Below, piece by piece: positions 10,857 to 19,625 of a DNA stretch of 19,625 nucleotides. The DNA is from Octopus sinensis. Lineage: Eukaryota. Numbering within the stretch: position 1 is the first letter of the stretch; each line of letters begins with the position of its first letter. The notes below the pieces were generated by a model. The model was given only the letters and a program-made list of their open reading frames with translations. It did no database searches and had not been told where the DNA came from. The DNA lies in assembly GCF_006345805.1 (NCBI RefSeq), contig NW_021824194.1:1-19625 (forward strand), written 5' to 3'. Made by a program: the position numbers and the translations under genes.

Positions 10857-11181
10857 ATATATTTGGATTCACGTATGCATATCAATGACATTAATTAGTC
10901 TCTATATTTTCTCCCTCCAATATACAACCCCCAGCCGCTTATCCTTTCCTCTTAAGCCACGCCCCTCTTTTCTAACTCCCCAGTTCTAAACCTATAATTA
11001 GGGACTCTGCTGAAATGTAGCTCTTACTTGAGACATACATAACGAATGTACGGATATGTTTGTGCGTATGTAGTATATACCCTAGTGAGTATGTGTACCC
11101 GTTTACCCATACGTCTTCACATCTGTACGTGTGTGTATTGGTATGTGATTATATATAGATAAAATCATAAATATGCAATCT

Positions 11182-11207
11182 CATATATATATATATATAT
11201 GTATATA

Positions 11208-11254
<47 letters not shown>
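11182..11254. repeat. (TA)n microsatellite
   Basis: Seen directly. Confidence 0.95.
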
Positions 11255-11256
<2 letters not shown>

Positions 11257-11426
11257 CCTTCTATGATTTCATGTATATTTATTATTTTTATGTGTTTGGG
11301 GACCATGGTGATTTTTTTTATATATGATTAAATGTTTGAAAGGGGGTCGTTTTATGTAAAGTCGTTGGCTCAAATTTAATGTTTGTTCTATAACCGATGC
11401 TTCTTTATATTCGTCCCATTTATATT
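11255..11426 (-). repeat. Inverted copy of arm segment 11515-11685, bounded by (TA)n
   Basis: accttctatgatttcatg...ttcgtcccatttatat is the near-identical reverse complement of atataaatgggacgaa...aaatcacagaaggt. Confidence 0.92.
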
Positions 11427-11702
11427 ATATATATATATATATACAGTAAGAACTAATATGTGTCTCTTCTAATAGAAACAAAAGGGTTTATAAGACTGCA
11501 AAAGAAGTGCTCATATATAAATGGGACGAAGATAAAGAAGCATCGGTTATAGAACAAACATTAAATTTGGGCCAACGACTTTACATACAACGACCCCCTT
11601 TCAAACATTTAATCATATATAAAAAAATCACCATGGTCCCCAAACACATAAAAATAATAAATATACATGAAATCACAGAAGGTAAAAGTATATAATCGAA
11701 TA

Positions 11703-12084
11703 GGATGTTTTCGGTTTGAACGGCAGTTTTTAACATAATTTCTAGGTAACTAAAAAATTTTAAACTTCGTATACTGGTAGAATGTGCTTATAAAACATCT
11801 TTTTCTTTTGGCTTTATTGAGAAAATTCTGTAGTTTGTAAGATATTTGTTTTTTTCTTCAATTTCTGCAATTTCAACCAATCATTGCCGTATGAATATGT
11901 CCCTCGTTTAGGAACAGATTGGGTTTATTTACATTTGTGAAGAAAAAATATACCCTTCCCCCCACCCCTAACCCTAACCCTAAAATAGATTGAAATGCAA
12001 TAGATCGATACTAGGGTCATAATTATGGGTGACAATTCCATATGACTTCGCTAGAAAAAATTGGCGTTCAAACCGAAAAGATCC
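11703..12084. mobile_element. 382-bp MITE with ~29-bp TIRs (5'-GG...CC-3') and 8-bp TSD ATCGAATA; Merlin-like non-autonomous DNA transposon
   Basis: Left TIR ggatgttttcggtttgaacggcagttttt, right TIR aaaaattggcgttcaaaccgaaaagatcc. ATCGAATA lies at 11695-11702 and 12085-12092, and a single copy (empty site, tattcgat 13048-13055) lies in the opposite arm. Internal (CCCTAA)3 at 11966-11983. Confidence 0.85.
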
Positions 12085-12296
12085 ATCGAATAAAATACAA
12101 ACAGAACGGCCAATCAGAAATGTTAAATATAACCTGCTAAAAATTCAAAAACTACCAAAATAAACCTAATAGACAAATAGAAAAAAAGTAAATATAAAAA
12201 TAAAATAAATATCCACCGACTAAAGAAAGTTTTATCAGATGATTAAAATATTTTTTAAAAATTAAAATTTTAAAAAAATTTTTGAAAAAATATTTG

Positions 12297-12468
12297 AAAA
12301 AAGTCTTTGACTTACCTTATACGAGTACGTCCAAAGTTCATAAGTAAACAGGCTTCCACGGGTCAAATTCACATACATTTTGAGAAAAAGTCTCTTACTC
12401 GCTCCACACAAGTACGTCCAATCGTTCATAATGAGTAGACTTCACAGGTCAAATTCAACATTCACATA
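12297..12468. repeat. Diverged tandem duplication of a ~85-bp unit
   Basis: aaaagtctttgacttacc..agtacgtccaaagttcataa..ggtcaaattcacat (12297-12384) versus aaaagtctcttactcgc..agtacgtccaatcgttcataa..ggtcaaattcaacat (12385-12468). Confidence 0.8.
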
Positions 12469-12542
12469 TATCTATGGCCATTTCGATAGCTCATCACCGC
12501 GGTTTATTTACACTAAAGGGCAATGACCTCCTCGTCAGGATA
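12469..12542 (-). ncRNA. Type I hammerhead ribozyme
   Basis: Minus strand: UAUC (stem I) CUGACGA (12538-12532), stem II GGAGGUCAUUGCC...GGUGAUGAGCUAUC, GAAA (12484-12481), UGGCCA U A, GAUA (stem I'). All core nucleotides (CUGANGA, GAAA, UH) are present, stem III is the palindrome AUGGCCAU, and predicted cleavage follows AUA between 12473 and 12472. Confidence 0.8.
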
Positions 12543-13218
12543 AACTGGAAACAGGAGACATTTTAAAAATTATCCATATAGGACCAACAAAGAGGGACAA
12601 CATAATACATTTGGCGACAACAAGAAACAGGGGACACCCACAGATCAAACAAACATTTTAAAGAAAAGCTTATACTCTTATGGAAAAGCTTATGTTCAAA
12701 AGAAAAACCCATAAGTGGACCAGTCCAATTTTTCTATAAAAAAAAAATAGAAAAAAAGTCTATTGCTAAATATTTAGGTGGCTGTAGTTTGCAGAAATTC
12801 AACGTCGCCGGTTTCAAATCCCCGTAGCGCTAAACAATTTTATTACGTCTACTTTTATTTCTATACACTTTCGAAAAGGTGGACGAAAACCTATATTTTA
12901 ATCATCTGATAAAACTTTTTTATTCGGTGGATATTTATTTTATTTTTACCTTTACTTATTTTATATTTCTCTGTTAGGTTTTTGGTAGTTTTTGAATTTT
13001 TAGCCGTTTATATTTAACTTTTTTGATTGGCCGTTCTATTTGTATTTTATTCGATTATATATACATTTACCTTCTGTGATTTTTATGTATATTTATTATT
13101 TTTATGTGTTTGTGAACCATGGTGATGTTTCTTATATATGATTAAATGTTTGAGGGGTGATGTTGTATGCAAAGTCATTGACCTAAATTTAATGCTTGTT
13201 CTATAACCAATGCTTCTT

Positions 13219-13220
<2 letters not shown>

Positions 13221-13255
<35 letters not shown>

Positions 13256-13263
13256 GTATATTT

Positions 13264-13313
<50 letters not shown>

Positions 13314-13347
13314 ATAGATAGACGGATAGAAAGATAGACAGATAGAT

Positions 13348-13412
<65 letters not shown>
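13221..13412. repeat. Compound (CA)n-(TA)n-(TG)n-(GATA)n microsatellite
   Basis: Seen directly. Confidence 0.95.
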
Positions 13413-13413
<1 letters not shown>

Positions 13414-13539
13414 TCTGTTGCTGAGACCATGGTGATACTGTGTTAATGCTTTGGCTAGATTCCGGCTTATCTGATTAATAAGACCAAAGGAAAGGAGCAA
13501 CAGTATCGCTTATAGTTCGGGTAGGTGTAGATTAAGTAC

Positions 13540-14220
13540 GGGTTCGCAAGTTGGTGGGACCCAACCTGGACATTTTGAGCTGACTCACAGCAGTGGAATA
13601 TGACTTGCCCATGGGCTTTCCCATGGGATTTCCCATCGGATTTCCCATCGGATTTCCCATGGGCTGACTTCTATCAAACCAGTTTCTTGACAGGCTGTTT
13701 ATGACACCTTACTCAATTCGACGAACGTTCAAACACGATGCTGAAGGGCAGCACCCTTTCGGTCATTGTGTACGGAAAGAGGGTCCCTTCGTCATCTTCT
13801 CAGTAGTTTCCCCTGAGACTTTTAGCCAATAATTACGACGGCTTGCCGCATAAACAGATGCTCAAATGGATTACAGCAGTCATTCAGTGCAGTAAACACC
13901 AGCAAGGAAGCCACCACTTCTCTCAAAGAACTCCTCTTGAATGAAACGTTAATAATTGTGCCACCCTGACTCGCAGCTGAAAGTGGGTTTTGTGAAGCAG
14001 TTACATCCGGTTGCTGTAGTTTTTGTGTGTTTTGCCAAGCTCTGACTTGGCTTGCAATTACTAGTGTGACAATGACGGTTGGGTGGGCATACGTTCCATC
14101 ACCGAGGTCACTCGACGGCTTTGGATAACAGGGGAAGACCCGTGGTTATTACAGTGGGATGTAAACTGGTGCCTGAGCAACTCTGAATGGGTCAACTGAG
14201 TAAGGAGTTACACCCGTGAG
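13540..14220 (-). mobile_element. Decayed RTE-clade LINE 5' region (APE endonuclease)
   Basis: Minus-strand remnants in the correct order: LG-WNV (TWNVR), TLVIASQ (TAVIAxE), DVTASQ (DIAALQE), RSGGFL (GVGF), SVYAA (SVYAPT). Many frameshifts. Confidence 0.4.
13608..13664. repeat. 12-bp tandem repeat CCCAT(G/C)GG(A/C)TTT, 4.75 copies
   Basis: cccatgggcttt cccatgggattt cccatcggattt cccatcggattt cccatgggc. Confidence 0.93.
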
Positions 14221-14465
14221 ATGTTTGGAACTAACACGCACGCACATGCTCACACGCACGCACTCGCGCCTGAACACACGCATAGGCACACTCATATACA
14301 CATAGACGCTCACATGTATGCGTACATACACACATAGTGCTTGCTTATACATACTCTTTTCCCTATATTACGGAACATGAAATTCCGAAGACTATTCCAA
14401 GTTACCAAATCTTCGGTATAGCTGAAGATATTACATATTCTCTGAACTATTTTGATGAGTAGTAT

Positions 14466-14466
<1 letters not shown>

Positions 14467-14512
<46 letters not shown>
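14467..14512. repeat. (TG)n microsatellite
   Basis: Seen directly. Confidence 0.97.
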
Positions 14513-14514
<2 letters not shown>

Positions 14515-14519
14515 CGATA

Positions 14520-16190
14520 TCAAGGGTAAACTTTTTTGAAATGTTTAAGAGTGCTCAAAAGTGGATGACGGGCCTCTATGATGCATCTTCACTTGGAGTT
14601 TTATTGGACATTACAATTGTTAGAATTTGTCCAGCTACTTGTTTCTGGGAATATAGAAACATTGGTAACAACAATTATAGATCAGCATATTGATTCTTTC
14701 AGGCTCCCTGCGATATTCTTACTTGCCCCCAGCCTTTGAATTGTTCGACTTCTGTATTGCTTTTTATGTATCAGAGGGAAGGACAACGTTAAGATTATCG
14801 GTCCCATGGCGCATCTATACTTTTTTATTTGTTATTGTTGCACGTAAGTTTCTGTGATGAATTCCAAACATCCATCCGTTTTTCCAGCCCATTATTCCTT
14901 GCAGGGTCGAGAGGTAGAATCCTCAGTCAACTCCTCTATAAAAGTAATCATTCTTAGATTTTTCAGCTGGATTTCCGAGCATGACCAACTGAGACTAAGC
15001 ATATTTTCTAACCCTTTCGTTTTTGGTCTACTGCAAGGTATTCTGCTCAGCTTTAAGAATCCGTCTTGCGATTCTTGACAGTGACATTTTAAATGCATGT
15101 CCGCAACTTGGAGTAGAAACGGCTCGGTCCGGAGAGATTCGCTGATCTCCGAGATACCCATCCTTCGGAAGAATCCAATTTTGGCCGTTTACATTCGCGA
15201 TCGCACTTTTTCCGTCATTACCGAACATTCATGACCATAAGTGAGGATGGGCACGGAAACGGAATTGACGGGAATGACGCCAAATTGAAAAAAAACAAGA
15301 TTGTCCTATTAAGGGATACATGGGTGCCCCGGGGAAGGATTTGCTGTCATCCCTGTCACTATTTATGCTGTCACTAAAGATTACTTCATCTGTTGTTTCT
15401 TTTATTAACATTTTTGCTATTAATTTCAATATTAAATAATTATATAAAATAACGTTTGGTGTTTATTATGGTTATATGATGTGTTCCCATATTCTTCGTG
15501 TGGTTTTTGGTGAATTTTTGAGAAATACCCGATAAAGATGTCTGTTACCTCTTTTATTATGGGTTTACCATTTGGGCTTATACTTGTGATAAGGGATGTT
15601 GTATGACCATTGTTTGTTGTTGCTGTTAGTTATTCCCTCTAGTGATTTACTGTTGGTTTTGTAATTTCCCTTTCGTTTATTTTCCTTATTTCATTGTCTA
15701 ATTTTATTTCTTTATATTTGTGTTATTTCTGTTATACATATATTGCGTCTGATGTTGGTTTATTGTGTTTGCGGTTGCCCCTAGATTTTTTTATGAGGTC
15801 GGCCATTTCTGAAGTGTAATCGAGATTGTATCTTTTATGTTGCCTTCTATGATATGTGTTTAAATGAAGCTATAATTGTCTCGTTGAATGTGTCTGAGTT
15901 ATTAATCGCAATGCTGTTGATTTCTGAAAGCCTTGATTTATTTCCTGGCGGAGCTGGTTGCGTTGCGTTCTTTAAAGTTGTTGCTTTGTTCAGTGATGTG
16001 TGTTATTAGATTATTATTATGATGGTAGAGAGGCTGTCAGACAAGAAGTTGGCAATATTTGCCTAGTCGTTGCGGTTGGTAGGTGTGTGTCGCAGAAAGA
16101 CAGGTCGGGTGAAATCTCTTTGTAGTTAGGCCGATAAGGTATATGTATGTAGCGAAATCGGGTATTTTGGAGGCAAACGGAGCTCAGTTA
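14520..16190 (-). mobile_element. Decayed I/Jockey-group LINE ORF2 (end of APE domain, linker, start of RT), interrupted by an RTE insertion
   Basis: Minus strand, in order: PYRPNYKEISPDLSFC (EN C-terminus, PDL), NFKERN (NFKKANW), KRYNLDYTSEMADLIK, SISPNGKPI. After the RTE insert: IKK..AMGP (KAxGPD), IFPET, GQILTIVMSNKTPSEDAS*RPV-SLLSTL (KxPxxxSYRPISLLS). Confidence 0.6.
14866..15288 (-). mobile_element. RTE-clade (Expander/Rex3-like) LINE 3' end, nested in the older LINE
   Basis: SVSVPILTYGHECSVMTEKVRSRM*TAKIGFFRRM, ISESLRTEPFLLQV and SRPKTK..LSLSWS match the Expander/Rex3 pattern VPTLTYGHELWVMTERxRSRIQAAEMxFLRR..EPLLL..GRPRTRW..LAWE; it ends in a GGATGGATG tail. Confidence 0.8.
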
Positions 16191-16431
16191 TGATTCGATT
16201 GCGTTGCTTCATATATCATCAGTTTCGTTTGAAAACTAGGATGTACTGCATTGAATTTCGCTTTAACACACTCTCAATTACTTTCTCATCAGAGTGTAAA
16301 GGTGTTGCAGCTTGGAGGCACGTTTGGCACAGTCGGTAGTCGTAGGCATACACGTGCGTGCGCACACACACTCACACACATACACACATATATGATGCTT
16401 CGTGTGACTAATTATAGAATTTAAAGTATTT

Positions 16432-16975
16432 ATAGTAGCTTCTCTCTTATATGGATCCGAACCTGAGATATCGGAAACACCTCAGTAAGCTGGAAATGTT
16501 CCAGCCGAGATGTCTGAGGGAAATCATGCGCATCCAGTAGCAGAAGAAACGGAGAAATCTCAGCATGCTGCGATAACACTATATCTTCTAACCTGTAACC
16601 ATAATGATGTATCATCAGTTTCGATGGGATGGCCACGACGTCTGAGTTGTGGATTATCGGCTGATCAAACAGCTGTTTTACTCCCAGCTGAAGGAAAGAA
16701 TGAACACGTAAGGCGTATAAATGAAGCGACTCGAAGACGAACTTGGAGGAAGTTTGAGAGAAATGCAGCATCAATGCAGTTAGTGAAGATTCGGTGAAAA
16801 GACATCATCTACCCTGGAGTCCAACATTTTGACGTACTTCAGACCAAATATTTCAACATGAATGATTATATAGAAAGTGGCTCGAAGCAGCCAACGTAGC
16901 GCTTCTTCTGCAACACAAGCAATGCTCAGATTGAATTCGGATTTGTGGGTCACTATTTGATTTAAAGAGACGCGT
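16432..16975 (+). mobile_element. RTE-clade LINE 3' remnant
   Basis: SLLYGSE, YRKHLSKLEMFQPRCLREIMRIQ*Q and HQFRWDGHDV*VVDYRLIKQLFYSQLKE correspond to RTE LLYGxExW..LExFHxRCLRxI..QLRWxGHVxRM..RLPKQLFYxxL; a terminal GFVGH resembles the GLxSH zinc-finger end. Confidence 0.82.
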
Positions 16976-17161
16976 GCGGTTCCATGAACTGTAATATTAC
17001 GAGAAATACATCTTCAACTGAGGGATTTTCGAGAGCCATGATAAAAACCGGTTAAGCGATATTTACAATCATAAAAGACATCTACACAGAGTAAATAAAA
17101 GCAAAGTCTAGTGACTTCGTACATTTGTGTAAGTTACCATATGCCAATTCATGTCCGTGTT

Positions 17162-17234
17162 TGTTCGTATATGTCTGGATGCCTTCGTATATGTCTGCAA
17201 ATATTCGTATATATTCGTATATGTTCGTATATCG
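17162..17234. repeat. Short TTCGTATAT(G) minisatellite
   Basis: Five ttcgtatat units within about 70 bp. Confidence 0.75.
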
Positions 17235-17353
17235 TGTGGAGAGGAGACAAATAAGGCTTCGAGCAAACACTATCGTCAGAGAGAAACGTTTTATGAAGTT
17301 ACACAAATTTGAAAACTCTACACACTGATACTCTATGTAATCTTATATACATG

Positions 17354-17395
<42 letters not shown>

Positions 17396-17874
17396 GTTAT
17401 GTTATCATCTATACACTGAGGTTATACAAATTCCCAATTCTACACACTAACTCTCTAATTGCTCATATCTACATACAGTATCTATTTCTTCCTTGGTCAG
17501 CCACACTCTGTGACCATTCAAAGTTGCAATCTCTACACACAGTCTTTATCTAATCATATCTATACCCTGTAGTTATCTGTCCTGCTTTTATTCACTGAAT
17601 TTAACTAATCAGCATCCAGACTAGATCGCTACTGTAATCCAATGTACCGTAAGATTAAGCGAGATGTTCAGCGAAAATAAAATTATATTTAAAATAGAAT
17701 GTAAAACCTTAAATGTAAATTCGTAATTGAATTGAATGTGTAGAATAGGTGTCCGTAAAATGTGTAACTTATATATACATACCGCCGAAATGCATGATGT
17801 GGTTTTCTATGAAACAAACGTGACCCGGTGTGACTTGAAGAGTATTTTGTTTTTTATAATATGTGTGTGTGTGT

Positions 17875-17913
<39 letters not shown>

Positions 17914-18209
17914 TCATTGAAGTGCAATAAAGATCAGAATATGAGAAGTTTGGTCTTTGATTATAAAACTTCGAATAAATAAATAAATTTGAAGAAAGTG
18001 TAAATAAAAATATCGATACATAATAAATTGAAAATAGAAATTTTTCTAATTGAATTGATATTAAATTTCTTTTTAATAATATGATTGTGTATGTAAAAAA
18101 AAAATTAATAAATAAATAAATAAATAAAAATAAGGAAACACGAGAATATTTTAATTAAATGAATAGTTAATCAAAAAACTTGGAATGAAGGCCTTTAACA
18201 CCGAGGAAT

Positions 18210-18482
18210 CTTATATTTGTTTCAGTCATCGGATTGCGGCAATGCTGGAGCACCGCACTGAGCGGTTCTAGTCAAATAAATCGATCCAACTACTCACGGT
18301 TCTTTTAAAAAGTATTTTAAAGTCTGGGACTTAGAGTAGCGTTCATTCTTTGCCGAACCGATAGATTACAGGGATATAAACAAACTGACACGGTTGTGAA
18401 GTGGTGGCGGGAGGTTTGACATATACAGACACAAACACACATAGACATGTGGTTATATATATATATTATATACAATATATAT

Positions 18483-18531
<49 letters not shown>

Positions 18532-18692
18532 CATGACGGGCTTCCAGACATTTTCCGTCAACCAGATGCATTCATCAAGCATTCGTCGGCCGAGGAGCTA
18601 CAGTAAAGACACTTGCCTAAGATGTCGCGTAGTAGAACTGAACCCCAAATCACGTCGTTCCAAAGGGAGCTTCTCCAATACAAAGCGTGTCT
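18210..18692 (-). mobile_element. Near full-length octopus-type tRNA-derived SINE with internal (TA)n/(CA)n
   Basis: Head at the right end has a B-box-like ggggttcagttct and matches 3400-3523; a central microsatellite; tail block gtttcagtcatcggattgcggcaatgctggagcacc matches 4550-4657. Confidence 0.85.
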
Positions 18693-18852
18693 AGGCTGAT
18701 GATATTGCCATTTTATGTTTATTTATTTCCTCCCATATATTAAACAGGATTATCTTTAACTCAGAGACTAACGTAAGTATATATATCTGTTGTATAATCT
18801 TCTAACTTGGCCAACATCTACACATTATCTATATCATCAACATTTACAAAGT

Positions 18853-18853
18853 G

Positions 18854-18903
<50 letters not shown>

Positions 18904-18916
18904 ATCTTATCTTATC

Positions 18917-19010
<94 letters not shown>

Positions 19011-19080
19011 AGTATATCTATCTATCTTATCTATCTATCTGTCTATCTATCTATCTATCTATCCATCCATCCATCCATTC
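18853..19080. repeat. (TCTA)n/(TCTTA)n/(TCCA)n microsatellite
   Basis: Seen directly. Confidence 0.95.
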
Positions 19081-19454
19081 ATGCGCCATCTCAAACCACT
19101 GCGTCTATCTGTCCAGACGACAGGAGTCACAGTTATGAAAACTATGAAAAGGGCCATTCTTTATTCTCTTCGCACATGTTCATTGAGGTTTCTGATCACT
19201 GAACATCAGAGCTTCACCACTCCAATCTACCCACATCTAACGTTATCAGTCCACCCCTTACTACTATGAAACCCGCCAGCTTTTTTCTCCATCTCTTTTT
19301 CACTGGCCACATTTCCCGACCACCCTCGGCCTTTTCAAAGAAAATATTAAACTATAAGAAAATAGAATTGTCATAAACGCTTACCGCAAATTCCCCTTTA
19401 TTCTCACCACAGAACGCCATTAATAGCGTTATTATCCATATCGTTATTGTTACC

Positions 19455-19475
19455 GTTATTATATTATTATTATTA

Positions 19476-19510
<35 letters not shown>

Positions 19511-19559
19511 TATTATTGAGTGAGAGAGCAGTTCATTATTATTATCAGCATCATCATCA

Positions 19560-19623
<64 letters not shown>
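19455..19623. repeat. (TTA)n microsatellite with (TCA) interruption
   Basis: Seen directly. Confidence 0.95.
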
Positions 19624-19625
19624 GA

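Larger units (their letters stand above)
11515..13221. mobile_element. Non-coding element with long inverted arms and a hammerhead-containing core (Penelope-like pLTR / retrozyme-like)
   Basis: Left arm 11515-11702 plus 12093-12251 (interrupted by a MITE) is the reverse complement of right arm 12893-13221. The ~640-bp core contains a hammerhead ribozyme and a tandem duplication, and the element is embedded in microsatellites. Structure is seen; the Penelope class is inferred from the ribozyme type and inversion architecture. Confidence 0.65.

Noticed and set aside
9934-10989. 351-aa and overlapping ORFs
   Set aside because: Translations of the TCTG/TCTA satellite (LSIY/LSVC repeats), not protein-coding
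12481-12497. Alternative minimal hammerhead reading GUGAUGAG-CUAU-CGAAA
   Set aside because: The first core base is G rather than C; this segment is better explained as the 3' strand of stem II in the full ribozyme
12795-12890. Possible second hammerhead (minus-strand GAAACCGG)
   Set aside because: No upstream CUGANGA box and no closing stem I
13608-13664. CRISPR-like repeat
   Set aside because: 12-bp head-to-tail units without spacers, in eukaryotic DNA
18790-19269. YLSI-repeat ORFs
   Set aside because: (TCTA)n artefact
19085-19330. Possible antisense RTE 3' remnant
   Set aside because: No diagnostic peptide motif could be recovered

Overview
AT-rich, microsatellite-dense eukaryotic non-coding DNA. 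The SINE and MITE sequences resemble those I recall from Octopus (coleoid cephalopod) genomes; this is inference, not a database result. I found no intact host gene, and most ORFs in the track are microsatellite translation artefacts. The window is a patchwork of decayed mobile elements: a 5'-truncated R4/Dong-type RLE non-LTR retrotransposon next to a (TAA)n tract, a mariner transposase remnant, several RTE-clade LINE fragments (one nested in an I/Jockey-type LINE), a probable LINE ORF1 fragment, tRNA-type SINEs and two TIR-bearing MITEs. The main finding is a ~1.7-kb non-coding element (11515-13221) with long inverted arms. Its core carries a complete type I hammerhead ribozyme on the minus strand (12469-12542) with a palindromic stem III, as in Penelope-like element/retrozyme ribozymes. 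One arm holds a GG...CC MITE with an 8-bp target-site duplication whose empty site survives in the opposite arm. Two short clusters of consensus transcription-factor motifs are also noted.
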